Positions 27,377-41,493 of a DNA stretch of 64,000 nucleotides are shown piece after piece. The stretch is from the human T2T-CHM13v2.0 reference genome, Homo sapiens. Made by a program: the position numbers and the translations under genes. Under the pieces are notes generated by a model. The model was not told the DNA's origin and did not search any database. It saw only the letters and a program-made list of their open reading frames with translations. Positions within the stretch are counted from its first letter, which is position 1; each line of letters begins with the position of its first letter. The DNA lies in assembly GCF_009914755.1 (NCBI RefSeq), contig NC_060926.1. One strand, 5' to 3'.

Positions 27377-29770
27377 AAAGCTTATCCACCACGATCAAGT
27401 TGGCTTCATACCTGGGATGCAAGGCTGGTTCAACATACACAAATCAATAAACGTAATCCATTACATAAACAAAACCAATGGCAAAAACCACATGATTATC
27501 TCAATAGATGCTGAAAAGGCCTTCGACAAAATTCAACAGCCCTTCATGCTAAAAACGCTCAATAAACTAGGTGTCGATGGAACGTATCTCAAAATAATAA
27601 GAGCTATTTATGACAAACCCACAGCCAATATCATACTGAATGGGCAAAAACTGGAAGTATTCCTTTTGAAAACCAGCACAAGACAGTGATGCACTCTCTC
27701 ACCACTCCTATTGAACACAGTATTGAAATTTCTGGCCACGGAAATCAGGCAAGAGAAAGAAATAAAGGGTATTCAAATAGGAAGAGAGGAAGTCAGACTG
27801 TCTCTGTTTACAGATGACATGATTGTATATTTAGAAAATGCCATTGTCTCAGCCCAAAATCTCCTCAAGCTAATAAGCAACTTCAGCAAAGTCTCAGGAT
27901 ACAAAATCAATGTGCAAAAATCACAATCATTTCTATACATCAATAACAGACAAACAGAGAGCCAAATCATGAGTGAACTCCGATTCACTATTGCTATAAA
28001 GAGAATAAAATACCTAGGATTCCAACTTACAAGGGATGTGAAGGACCTCTTCAAGGAGAACTACAAACCACTACTCAAGGAAATAAGAGAGGACACAAAC
28101 AAATGGAAAAACATTCCATGCTCATAGATAGGAAAAATTAATATCATGAAAATGGCCATACTGTCCAAAGTAATTTATAGATTCATTGCTATCCCCATCG
28201 AGCTACCACTGACTTTCTTCACAGAATTGGAAAAGCCTACTTTAAACTTTATATGGAACCAAATAAGAGTCCATATAGCCAAGACAATCCTAAGCCAAAA
28301 GAACAAAGCTGGAGGCATCACGCTACCTGACTTCAAACTATACTACAAGGCTACCATAAACAAAACAGCATGGTACTGGTACCAAAACAGATATATAGAC
28401 TAATGGAACAGAACGGAGGTCTCAGAAATAACACCACACATCTACAACCAACTGATCTTTGACAAACCTGACACAAGCAATCGGGAAAAGATTCCCTATA
28501 TAATAAATGGTGCTGGGAAAACTGGCTAGCCATATGCAGAAAACTGAAACTGGACCCTTTCGTTACACCTTATACAAAAATCTACTCAAGATGGATTAAA
28601 GACTTAAACATAAGATGTAAAACCATAAAAATTCTATAAGAAAACCTGGGCAATACCATTCAGGACACAGGGATGGGCAAAGACTTCATGTCTAAAACAC
28701 TAAAAGCAATGGAAACAAAAGCCAAAATTGGCAAATGGGATCTAATTAAACTAAAGAGCTTCTGCACAGCAAAAGAAACTATCATCAGAGTGAACAAGCA
28801 ACCTACAGAATGGGAGAAAATTTTTGTAATCTATCCATCTGACAAGGGGCTAATATCCAGAATCTACAAAGAACTTAAACAAATTTACAAGAAAAAAAAA
28901 TCAAAAAATGGGCAAGTATATGAAGACACACTTCTCAAAAGAAGACATTTATGCAGCCAACAAACATATGAAAAAATGCTCATCATCACTGGTCATTAGA
29001 GAAATGCAAATCAAAATCACAATGAGATACCATCTCATGCCAGTTAGAATGGCAATCATTAAAAAGTCAGGAAACAACAGATGCTGGAGAGGATGTGGAA
29101 AAATAGGAATGGTATTACACTGTTGGTGGGAGTGTAAATTAGTTCAACCATTGTGGAAGACAGTGTGGCAATTCCTCAAGAATCTAGAACTAGAACCAGT
29201 TGACCCAGCAATCTCATTATTGGGTATATACCCAAAAGATTACAAATCATTCTACTATAAAGACACATGCACACATATGTTTAGTGCAGCACTATTCACA
29301 ATAGCAAAGACTTGGAACCAACCCAAATGCCCAACAATCATAGACTGGATGAAGAAAATGTGGCATATATACACCATGGAATACTATGCAGCCATAAAAA
29401 AGAATGAGTTCATGTACTTTGCAGGGACAAGGATGAAGCTGGAAACCATCATTCTCAGCAAACTATCACAAGAACAGAAAACCAAACACCGCAGATTTTC
29501 ATTCATAAGTGGGAGTTGAACAAGGAGAACACATGGACATGGGGAGGGGAACATCACACACAGGGGCCTGTCAGGGGGTGGGGGGCTAGGGGAGGATAGC
29601 ATTAGGAGAAATACCTAATGTAGGTGAGGGGTTGATGAGTGCAGGAAACCACCATGACACGTGTATACCTATGTAACAAACCTGCATATTCTGCACGTGT
29701 ACCTCAGAACTTAAAGTATAATAAACAAAATAACTTTAAAAAAAATAAAAACAAACCAAAAAAGACAAAA
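27377..29770 (+). mobile_element. L1PA7-like element, 5'-truncated, ORF2 disrupted
   Basis: ORFs 27417-29519 give ORF2 RT and C-terminal peptides ([35 protein letters not shown]) with stops and frameshifts; 3'UTR and A tail. Confidence 0.96.
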
Positions 29771-29789
29771 AGAGAAAACCGTACTCCTG

Positions 29790-32660
29790 CAACCAAAAAG
29801 TGAGTCGGGTAGCCTTCAAAATACAATATATGAGATCAACACATAAATATGCATTATTTCTGTATTATAGCTATTAAGAAGTACAGTAATATCCCCAATT
29901 GCTTGAAAAAAATAAACATTTCAGTAGACACAACAAAATATGTACAGTATCTGTTCGCTGAAAATTACAAAGTGCTGATCAAAGGAATCAAAAACCTAAA
30001 CACATGTAGAGACATATCATGTTCAAATGTTTTTTCTTCAAGAGCATCTCAGTTGTTTTGACCTTTTGTATTTACATGTAAATTTTAGAATCAGCTTGTT
30101 CAAGTTCCATTAAAAAAAATCTGTTGGAAAAAAAAAAGCATTGGAAGACTCAACAGAGTAAACATGTTACTTTTTTTCAAACTGATCTTTTTCAGATTTT
30201 AATACAATTTCTATTAAAAGCCAAGCAAGGATTGTATAGACATAAAAAAGTTTATATAATTTGTATGGCAATGCATATACCCTCCAATAGCCAAAACAAT
30301 CTTGACAAAGAAAATACTGTGGGGGGAATTATCTTAAAATTATGTTAAGGCTTACAATGTAGCTACATTAATCAAGATAGTGTGGTATTGATGGAAGGAC
30401 AAACTTAATCTAAGAAACGGAATGAACAACTCTAAAATAGACCTACACAAATATGATTAACAAATTTTGATAGATGGACAAAAATAATTCAGTAGAGGAA
30501 GAAGCTATTCAAGTAAATAAATAGGTATCAGAACAAAGACTATTACCTGGAATAAACATGATAATTTTTTAAGGATAAAAGGATTAATTTATCAAAAGGA
30601 CATAAAAATCTTAAATATGTGTGCCTTCAGTAAGAGAATTTGAAATAACTTAAAGGAAAAGATGATGGAACTGCTAGAAGAACTAGAGGAATTAATAATT
30701 ATATCCAAAGATTTAAATAGACCTCTTTCAATAATTGGTAGAACAGACAGAAAATCAACAGGAACATAGTTGAATATGAAACCTACCCAAATATCTCATA
30801 GACCTTTTGTTGCAAATGTAGAAATTGACCCTTCTGGTCTTAAAGTTTGAAATTTATATTTGTTTTATCTGAGTTCTTTTCTCAGAAAACAACCAACCTT
30901 CATACCTCTCAAAAAAAGTGGCAAAGAACTAAAATTCACCAGATCACCACTTCCAGACAATTAGATGCCAGACCCCTCATTCATTATGATTGCTTCCTTA
31001 GGCCTCCTGGGTTCCTGTTTTCTTACACATTGTTACATTTCTTCCCTGCTGATTAAAACCCCTAGTTTTAGTCGGTCAGGGAGATTGATTTGAGACTGAT
31101 CTCCCATCTCCTTGGCTGCAACACCCAATTAAAGCCTTCTTTCTTGGCAATACTCATTGTCTCAGTAACTGGCTTTCTCCGCGGTGAGCAGCAGGACCTA
31201 GACGGAACCTCTGGTGTTTCCATAACAATTAGATTACTATTGACCAATTTAATCAAGCTGACATTCGTTGAACATTCCATCTAACAACAACAGAATATAT
31301 ATTGTTATCAATTGCAGGTGGAACAATCATCAAGGTAGAAAATATTCTGGGTTATAAAACAAATCTCAATAAATTTGAATGATTCAGTTCTTACAAATAT
31401 TTTATCTGACTCCAACTAAATTCATTAGAAACCAATAACAAAGGTGTCTTTGGAAAAACCACAAATATTTGGAAATCAAATAATGAACTTTAATTAGGTA
31501 CCCATGAGTAAAAGGAAAAACCTGAAGTATTTTGAACTGAATAGAAATACTACATATCAGAAGTTTTGAAATGGCATTGAAACATTACTTAGGGGGATAT
31601 TATAGTCTGAGATGCCTACAAAAAAATTTAAAAAATAGTCTCAAATCAATAATATCAGCTTCTGTGTTTTAAAAAAAGGAGAAAGAAGTAGAAAACAACA
31701 GGAACAGAAAATAATTGGAAGAAATAATATAAGAAACCAAGCAGAATACAGCAAAATATAAAACAAAAGTGTGTATAAAACCTGACTCTTTGGGAAAAAA
31801 AAATCAGTAAAAATGATACAATTTCAACCAGACTAACTATGAAAATGGAAGAGCAAAAGTGGCCAAGACCAGTTAAGAGCTAGGAGGTGACATTACTAAA
31901 AACTCTACATATATTAAAAGAATAATAAGATAAAATTATGAACAACTGTATGCCTAAAAGTTGGACAACTTAGGTTAAATAGATAAATGCTGTACTTTGA
32001 AAGATACAACCTATTAAAATTTACATAAGATGATATAAATAACCTGAAAGGTCATATAGTAAATTTATTTAAAACCTTCCGACAAAGGTATCTTCTGCCC
32101 CAGATTGCTTCAGTGGTAAAATCTACCAAATTTTTCAAGAAGCAATAATAGTAGTTATACTAAAAAAAGATTGAGAAAATTGAAAATGAATTAATTCTAC
32201 CCCACTCCTTTTAAGAAGCAGGTTTTTACCCTAATAGTAAAACCAGAAAATTTATTATAATAAAAGAATATTTCACAAGTCATAAACATAGTGTAAAATT
32301 TATTTAAAAATTAGCATTTTTGAGTTTAATAATATATAAAAAGTATAAAATATTTTGATGAAGCCTTTCTAGGGATAAAGGGATCATTTAGCATATGAAA
32401 ATCCATCAATGGAATTTACCATATTAATATTTTTAATTATATTATCATCTACATATATTCAGAAAAAGCATCAAAAGAATCATACATCGATTCCACATAC
32501 AAATCTTCACAAAATAGAAATTGATTTATTTAACCTCATACAGACATCTTCAGAAATTATCAGGCTTAATAATGAAAGAATGAATGTGTTCCTCCTAAGA
32601 TTAAGAACAAGGTAAGAATTCTTTTCTCATCACTTCTATTCAACATTCCCATGGAAGTTA
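29790..32660 (+). mobile_element. Old L1M ORF2 fragments from at least two segments, interrupted by an LTR
   Basis: Post-RT segment at 29790-30510, then EN-to-RT segment at 30530-32660 (...ctcctaagattaagaacaagg...cacttctattcaacatt). Confidence 0.75.
30777..31227 (+). mobile_element. ERV1-class solo LTR (MER83/MER84-like)
   Basis: TG...CA ends (tgaaacc...ataaca), agaaattgacccttctggtcttaaag, attaaa poly(A)-like signal; 4 bp TSD aata/atta; family name uncertain. Confidence 0.8.
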
Positions 32661-32754
32661 TGGCATCCCTGTGGGCTTTGCTCCTATATATTTTTTTCAT
32701 GTTTTAGAAGAGTATGGCCAGATAAACTTCATAAGGACATCTCTTTTGCTTAAC

Positions 32755-32882
32755 AGGTTGTATTCATTTTATGTCCAGTACCAAAATTTTTTCTGGCATC
32801 TAGAAAGTAGCAAATAAATATCAGTCAAATGGCTGAACAAATAGACACATGAATGAAAGAATGAATGAATGAATGAATGAAC
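32755..32882 (+). mobile_element. L2 3' end with (GAAT)n tail
   Basis: ctggcatctagaaagtagcaaataaatat...gaatgaatgaatgaatga. Confidence 0.65.
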
Positions 32883-35800
32883 CAATCAATAAGGATCATG
32901 CTTCTGTGGTTAAGTCACTAGTCTTGCCATGAACCTTATACCTTTGATGAATATCATAAAGTCTTTTGTCTATAGGAAAGGAAAATAAAATTATGGGTAG
33001 ATATTTTCCTTTCTTTCAAATACTTATGTGATATTTATATTATTTATGGTAAATGATTGCTGGCTTAATTTATTAAAAAAAAACAAAAATTTAAATGAAT
33101 TGTGTATAACATTTACACTAAAATGTAAATTACTTTAAATATATTGTGTCAGCTAATATTATTTGATAAAATTAATAGTCTATTTTTAGACTAAAATATT
33201 AAATTATTATGAAATCACTTCACTCGAGCCCAAAGTGTCATGCAAAGTAAAATGAAAAATCTGCCTTACTTCTGTTACCCAAGTTTAACGCCTAGAAGGA
33301 AACAGGCATGGCAGATGGCAATGCAGGGCCCTGGTGATGTTTGGTTGCCACTGAGACTGACTGTGCAAATTCAAAGTCAGAGAGAGACACACTCCTGCCA
33401 ATCTTCAGCTTAGTTGATCCTCACATATTAACTGTCTTTCTCTTTCCCTGGAACAAAAGTACAACAAAATATTTTAATAATAATTAAAAAATCTAAGTAA
33501 ATGAATGTTGAACATAATGTTTGTAATACTTACTGACTTAGTTATGCCTTACCTGTTGTTGTTGACGTTTGAGAAGAAAATCATTCTTGTTAGTCCAGAC
33601 TATTTATAAGTGATCTTTTATTTTCCAAAATAAAGAAATGATCCGCCTTCTCGTGATTATATTCAAAATGCCTTATTCTCTGGATTAGGAGCTTTTCATT
33701 GCAAAATAGGGGGTCTAATAGTGAAAACAGGTCAATTAAATTGTAGTGAAATTATACTCCCAGACATATTTTCACAGCTTCTGATTATTTTAAGTAAAGA
33801 AGCTTCTATGTGCTACTTGTAGGACCCAAAAGTTTAGCTTATTTTCAATCATTTTTTAGTTGTCATAGAAGCAAATGGTACAGAAGCAAAGTCAAAATAA
33901 CGAGTTTAACAACTCTCCGCTTGTTGTATCTAAGCTGTTCTATTTAATTGTGGAAAACATAGGCTGTTTAAAAAATACAAAGAAATCTTTGCTAGCTTTC
34001 AGAATATAGACTTTTGATTATATTTCTAGAGTCTAGAATGTGTTTTTGTTGCATATAGGTAATGCATATTCCAATTGAATACTGCTTTTTAAAATTAGTT
34101 ATTATCATTGCCTTTTAACTAATGAATACAAAGCTTTTGAGGTCAAATTTTTTTAGAACTTATTTATTCATTTATAAAAACAGGCTTTAATCTATTTTAG
34201 GTTATTACCCCCAAATGTTAGGGTAGTTCCCTCAAATGGTTCTTTGAGAATTTAGAAACTGTATTAATGATTATTGTCTACCTATACTTTTTCTAATAAA
34301 AGAGATTCGGCAATGATATCCAAAATATCTCTTTTTATTTGAATTAAATGTCCTTTAAATAAGTTTTATTTTAAATCGCAAGAGTGTAGCAAGTAAAAGT
34401 GAAGGAAAAGCATCTATTTCTAACACTAAATCACACCTAACTATGGAGTTAAGGGGTCATATTTCAAGAGGACAGAAAGCATTATTTTATATAATCTAAA
34501 ATTTTGGTATTAATTTTTAAAAAGCTTTTCCTTTTCATATTGAAAATTCTATTATCAAGTAACTATAAAAATACTCCTGAAGAATATCAACCCCATTCAT
34601 GAGATTATGTTTGGTACAAATGATTTCTTGTGCAGTATGTGGAAATAGAACTCCACGTGTATTGGAACCACAAATTACAAATGTGGAAATATAGAAGTTC
34701 CCACAGTTTAACTGCAGTGAGCCTGACATCTGGCAGCTACTCTGCTGAGACTCTCCACTTGAGGGCAATTCACTGCTCATTTTTGGGTTATTGTAACATT
34801 TTCCCTGTGCAGCAACTTGCTGTGTCCATAATATAAAGTGTCCTGAGGTAGAAAAGAAAAGCCAATCATGAACCGATGGCCAGGTGAAGTAGCTCACAAA
34901 TAAAGCCATTCCTCCTTATTCTTTCCCTTTCCAAGAGGAGCATATGTCATATGTAGCATAGCACTTTTAGATGGCATGGAGTGTGGAAGACTGCCAAGTT
35001 TTTCTCACTATAGATTATAATTTGGTTCTAGAATTTGGGATTCTCCTAACATTGATTCATCCTATATTTTATAGCTTTGATTATAATTATTTTCAATAAT
35101 TACAGGAAATTTTAAATGAATGTCAACACTCAAAGATTCTAGTTGCAAAAGATGTTGCATGAATTAGTTGCCCCAAGATCCAATAACCTTGGAATACACT
35201 GTTATTTTATAGCCCCTTGGGAAATTCACAATGATTAGATGATTAGTAGCCTAATATCATCTATGAGAAATCTGAGGTTAAAATTATGGTTTATTTTTTA
35301 ACCAGGATTTCTTAAATTCAGTTGTTCTTCTGACATCTGTAAGCAATATATGGAAGAAGTTGGGAAATGCTTAAGTGAAAGATTTGGTTCATTATGATTA
35401 AATAAATATACATATTTTAACATGATAGACTAAATTGCTGGTGAAATTTCATACAAATTTTAATAAGGATAGTAAATAATATCAAATGACTTCAGGCCAT
35501 CTGCTTTGCATGACATATCCATGGGAAATGCTGGAAGCCAGGCTGATATTTTCACTTCCTCGAATGTTCTCTACAGGTATTGTCGTTACAGTTCTTATTA
35601 AACCAGATGGAGTCATAAAGACAAATAATAGTACCTTTTAAAAATATGTTGAATACAATGCTTTTGTGTGGGCATAGATTCTTAAAAATAATCAACAACA
35701 TAGAATTAAGTGATGTGTTATACTCAAGATCCAGAAGCAAAAATCTTCACTTTCTCATCTAATAGTAGGATTGGAGTGCAAACATGCAATTTTAAATTGT

Positions 35801-36848
35801 AAGAATGCCTTTTAGTGATTGTGTGTTCCATCTGTCACAGTCTCCACATTTCATCATTGACAACATTCGTGATGCGATCCAAGAAATTGTTCCCAGCAGG
35901 TTCTATCATATAGAACAATTTTTTTTTATATATGGGCAGGTTGTTAAATCAGCATTCTCAATTTCAGACTGGAAATGAAAATCAACACCAAACATAGCAA
36001 ATAAGTGAAACTAATGTATACTTATAGATAATTTTATGTGTGAATTTAGAAATGTAGTTAATACAATGTAGACCATATGAAAGTATAATAAAATGAAATA
36101 ATAAAATAAAAGGGATTCTTCAGGCTCTCTACAATATATGACTCAATTATAGAAAGAAAAAAATGTGACCCCTCTCCTACGCATCTTACTTAATTTGATA
36201 ATTAAACCAATATGTGTTTCTTTGTTGGTTCAGACCCACTTGAATCTCTAAAGAAAATGTCTGCTGTAAACTATGGGAATACAAGAAGTGTGGTAGTATC
36301 GGCTTTGTGTTGGTTATCTTCTGCTTCTTAACCAACAACCCAAAGATGTGATGGATTAAAATAATAATGATTTCACTACATCTAGTATTGTTGTAGGTGA
36401 GTAATTCAGACAAGTCTCACCAGATCTATTTTCCTGTATATGGTAGCTACAGGGTCACACAGTAGATTTCAGCTGTCAGTTGGGTAAAGAGTCTAAGATA
36501 GCATCACTCATGTTTGATTCATGCTGGGAGTTCTGGAAGGCTAGGCTCAGCTAAGCTCCTTTCCATCTCCTGGTAGTATCATTGCCTCATCAAATGTCCT
36601 TTCCAGCAGGATAGTCTGAATTATCTGGTGGCTCAGAACTCTAAAGTAAAAAGAAAGAGTTTGTAGTCCTCTAAAGGACTAGATCTGGAATATATTTATT
36701 CAAAGTAGTAATAAAAGAAGGGAAAATAGACCTTAATTTTTTATGAAGAAGTATCAAAGAATTTGTGGACATTTTTAATCTACCACAGTCCAATATCTAG
36801 TCACAAAACATTTACATTTTTCCACATATAAAATATACTCACCCCCTT

Positions 36849-37202
36849 TACTATGGACTGAATTGTGTCTCTCCCCAATTCATAGGTTGAAGCCTCAACC
36901 TCCAGTGTGGTTGTATTTGGAAAAGAGGTCCTTGGGAAATAGATGTGGTCATGAGGGTGGGGTTTTCATGATGGAATAATTATTATTCTTATTAGAAGAA
37001 GAAACACAAGAGCTTGCTGTCTCCACCATATAAGAACACAGTGAGAAGCCTGCCATCTGCAATCCAGGAAGAGGTCCCTCACCATAAACATACCATGCTG
37101 GCAGCCTAAGCTAATACTTCTAGCAGTACTATGAAATATACATTTTTGTTGTTACATCCACCCCATTTTATATTGTTATGGCAACCCAAGCTGATTAAGA
37201 CA
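36849..37202 (+). mobile_element. MLT1A0-like solo LTR nested in MLT1 internal sequence
   Basis: tactatggactgaattgtgtc...gctgattaagaca; TSD ccctt/ctctt. Confidence 0.88.
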
Positions 37203-37741
37203 CTCTTCAAAGACTCCTGAAGTCTCACGTTTTTAGGAGGTTGACTCAAATTCCAGATTCTCACCTTCTAAATCAGGTCTAGGTGCAGATGAATCTTCTT
37301 GACTGGGGTTCATCAAGTACAACATCTGTCCTTTAGAAAACTTATGATGTAAATAGACAAGATATTTGCTACTGACATACACAGCACACAATGAATGAAC
37401 ATAGAGAGGCACTACTGTCATGAACAGGGGGATATAGGAAGAAGAGAACAATAATTGATCCATATCAATTCTGAAATTCACCAGAGTACACAATGCTGGT
37501 TCCTTGATTAGGGGCTTATTCTACTTTATGGATGTAGTTCGTTATTGCTTGTAACTTCATATTATGGGGTCTTGGCTACAGTCCCTGAATTATCTTTTCT
37601 TTTCCATAAAGATGGTCTGTGTTTGCAGATGGTCTGAGTATTTTCTCAGCCTATTTCCTGTATATTAAAATTTTAAAGGTTGAGGAATTGAGGGTGATTT
37701 TCATTAATCAGTCTTTCAAACCAAATAATGTTTCTGAAAAC

Positions 37742-37750
<9 letters not shown>

Positions 37751-37792
<42 letters not shown>
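37751..37792. repeat. (TA)n microsatellite
   Basis: About 21 perfect TA units. Confidence 0.97.
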
Positions 37793-37795
<3 letters not shown>

Positions 37796-38212
37796 GCTTT
37801 GACTGAGTCACATACTGTGGAACAATGACAATAAGAATCTTTACAGTTCTAATGGGCATTTCCTTAATATTTATCTGAGATGGCAACAAAGAATCTTGAA
37901 ACTGTATCCTTGAAATATTTATCTAGCCCCATACTATATAAAATGTGTCCTGGATTTTATGTTTGCCTTGAGTGTATTTCTTATTTTACAATCTTTTGCC
38001 ATCTAGAGGGACTGGGTCTTAGAAACAGTTTTATTTTAATCTAGAAAATTCTGGCTCTTTTATATTTCCTGTAAGCTCTGCTAAAAACTGACAATTCTTC
38101 CCTTAGCAAATATCTTGTGTCTCATATTTTAACATAGGAAGTTAGAATAAGCATTTAAACTTTGTATATTCTGCTTGGGAATCTTTCCAGTAAAATTCAT
38201 GAGTTTTTGTCA

Positions 38213-40242
38213 TCAGCAAGCAAGGAAGAGTGTACTCACAAGGACCCAGCCATATTAGCACCCTGATCTAAGATTTCCAGCCTCCAAAACTGGGGGAGAG
38301 AAAATAAATTTGTGTTGTTTTTAGCTACCCACTTTATGGAATTTTGTTATGGTAGCCTGAGCAGACTAAGACAGATTTTAGTAAGAAGAAGTGGGGTGCT
38401 GTTGTAACAAATACTTAAATGTGGTAGCAGTTTTGGAATTGAATGATGGGTAAAGGCTGGAAGAATTTTTGAAGTGCATTCTAGAAATATGGACTTTAAA
38501 GGACATTCTTATGAGGGTTCAGAAAGAAAAGACAAGGGTTGGAGAGACAGCTTCTTAAAGAATATGTAAATAATCATGAATTGAATATGAGTGACCTATG
38601 GACATTAAGGGACATTCTCGTCAGGTTTCAGACAGAAATGAGAAACATGTTATTGGAAACAAGGAAAAGCAATCTTTGTAATAAAGGGGCAAAGGACTTG
38701 ACTGACTTGTTCTTTAATGTTTTGTGGAAGGTAGAACTTGTTAGAGATGAAATTGGATATATAGCTGAGGAGATCTCTAAACAAATTATTGAGGGAGTGG
38801 CTTTGTTCCTTCTGACAGCTTACAGTAAAATGCAAGAAGAGGGCAATTGATTGGATAATTAATTATTAAGCAAAAAGAAACTAGGACTTGGAGATATGAA
38901 AAATTCTCAGCATACCTACCTTGCAAAAAATGAGAAAGCTTGTTCTAAAGAGAACACTAAGGACGTGGCTGAGCAACCATTTTATAAAGAGATCATGAGA
39001 GTGACTCAGGAACATAAACAGCATGTCACTGAAAGCCAGGAATAGAGATGGGATTATATCAGCACAGACACTGCCAGTTTGAAGTAAAGGAGAAAGAGAA
39101 AGTGAGCTGGAATGAAGGAAGACTGGCAGACTTCTTGGCTTCTACAAGACAGGACCATAGAGTGACTTGGCTGCAAACATGTGCTATTTTTTGATAAGTG
39201 AACTATGACCCCAAAGGTGATTCTGAGATCATCAGAACTGTCTCCTTGATTTCAATGAGTGGGGCTACTGCCTCAGTGTCAACAGGCCAATGGTATTCAC
39301 CTAAAGCCTTGAGGCAGAATTCCCCTGCAGAGCTGTGAGGAGTAGGACTACCCAGCAGAGCCTCAGAGTCTCAACCTTCACCCTGCAGAGCTATGGGGCC
39401 AGGATCACCATGACAATGGGTCCAGAAGGTGGGACTGCTGCATTAGTGGGCCTGGAGGGTAAGACATTGAGACAAAGATGGCTATCCTCCTCGAAACTTA
39501 AGATCTAATAAAATTTGCCTTGCTAGGTTTTGAACTTGATTGAAACACATAATGTCTTATTTCTTTTCTATTTCTCCCTTTTGAAATAGGAATATCTATC
39601 CTATTCCTGTCCCATCATTATATTTTGGAAATCCATAACTTGTCTTTTTTCACATATTCATATCTGGAGAGGAATTGAATTGTGCCTTAGGATGAATCAT
39701 ACCCTGAATGTCACCCATATCTGATTTAGATCATACAAATTTAGATGAGACTTTAGACTTGGACTTTAGAGTGGGTGCTGGAATGGGTTAAGACTGTGGG
39801 GCTGTTGGGATAGAATGAATGTATTTTGCATGTGAGAAGAACACACATTTTAAGAGGCTGAAACAAAGTGCTATTAATTAACTTGTGTCTCCTTAAAATT
39901 CATATGTTGAAGTACTGACAACCTATCTGATATTAGAGATAAGGCCTTTAAGGATGTCATTACAGATAACTGAGTTCATAAGTGTGGAGCCCTGAACAAA
40001 TAGAACTGGTGCCCTTATAAGAAGTGAAAAAGGATATCAGAGCTCTCTCTCTCCACCATATGAAGACACAGAGAGAAGGCAGCAGTCTGCAATCTAGATA
40101 TGGATGGAATGGATCCCTCACAGAACATGATCATGCTGGTACTCTAATCTTGGACTTCTAGCCTCCCGAATTGTGAGAAAAAAATGTCTTGCTTACGTCA
40201 TCCAGTTTATGGTATTTTGTTATGGTGGCCCAAGTGAATACA
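38213..40242 (+). mobile_element. MLT1A-type MaLR provirus: partial 5' LTR, internal region (38374-39868), 3' LTR (39869-40242)
   Basis: LTR end gcagactaagaca, internal start gattttagta..agaagtggggtgctg, second LTR tgctatt...aataca in the same orientation. Confidence 0.88.
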
Positions 40243-41412
40243 AGAAGCTTTGGTTTATTGCATGGGTAATTAAACATTAAGTTGTAGTGTGCAGTAATTC
40301 CAAGATATAGCAATGGAATTTTGTGACTAATGTTTGCTTAAAAATATCAGAGGCAAATTTTTAAATTTATTTGGGGAGGAGTATTCAGGAGAAAAAATAT
40401 GAAAGATTTGGAGAAAAATGGACTAATGTGACTAATCTAAATATTTGCTATGCTTCGCATTACTTGTTTAAATAATGATATTCATAGAAACAACATTCTT
40501 ATATTTTGTCTTACATCAGCGTGCAATTTCTTGCCTGAAAATTAACTATTAAACTGAAAGGTGGAAAAGGAAAATAAGGGTATTGTGATGTTGAAGATTG
40601 ACAAAAGTTTCCATTAACATGAAAGAAGAAATTGAGCCTAAGTTTCCTCTGAGGTAAAAGATAAATTCTCGGAACAATAAATAAATGGAATAAGTATTGA
40701 ATATTCACAAATATTTTTATATCATCTTTCTAAATTGCTATATAACCCACAGAGAACTATTCAGCATGATATTTTAGGGTCATTAGCAAGATATTACATA
40801 ATATATAATACATAATATATTTAAAATGTCCAATTCTGCATTGGTTAGGGTAGGTTCATAAATATAATTCAGAATGATCATGCTGTATTTTTATAGTACT
40901 TAAGTAAATGGTATAGGAGCCCATGTGGTTTACTACAGATAGGTGGGTTTTCAAGATCTTTATTGAACTGAACAGCCAGAACATAAAACATGATGGCATA
41001 TGGGTAGTATGTGATTTAGTTCATGTTAGGAGAGGAAAACATGTGATGTTCCGTTGGCAGAAGTCTGCATGATAGTGAATATTCCTGTATATCATGTCAT
41101 GTGTGGGACCTGCTTTTACTTTTATTTTTCAATAATCCTAATTTATAGGATTCGTTTCTGTTTTTCCTATAGTGATTATGTGATAGGATCATGGCTCTCA
41201 CAAGGCAAAGATGCAAAGATCTTCAGTTACAGCATGTGAGCGGGTACCATATCCTTCAACTCCAGCAGAAAATTTGGTTTGGTTTTTAGAAGGAAGCATA
41301 AATTTTATTTTTGGGGCCAAATATTTAGAGCATTTAGATATCATTATGTAAAAAGGTGTTAAAATATGTTATTGGCTACATTTGAAAGGGGTTTGAATTG
41401 TACAAATGTCTA

Positions 41413-41493
41413 TTAGTTTGGTGCAAAAGTCATTGCGGTTTTTGCCATTACTTTCAATGGCAAAAAACAGCAATGACTTTTGCACCAAACTAA
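41413..41493. mobile_element. MADE1 (Hsmar1 MITE), palindromic, TA TSD
   Basis: ttagtttggtgcaaaagtcattgcggtttttgccatt-actttc-aatggcaaaaaacagcaatgacttttgcaccaaactaa flanked by TA. Confidence 0.96.

Larger units (their letters stand above)
36306..38205 (-). mobile_element. Old MLT1F/G/H-like LTR (36306-36787) plus adjoining MLT1 internal sequence
   Basis: LTR ends tttttaatctaccaca; internal aaatcaggtctaggtgcagatga follows; interrupted by MLT1A and (TA)n. Confidence 0.7.

Noticed and set aside
27417-29519. Chain of ORFs encoding reverse transcriptase-like peptides
   Set aside because: Broken L1 ORF2 of a 5'-truncated L1PA; not a functional gene or a novel RT system.
35170-35320. Possible hAT-Charlie MITE remnant
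   Set aside because: Resemblance too weak to name a family or set boundaries without an HMM search.
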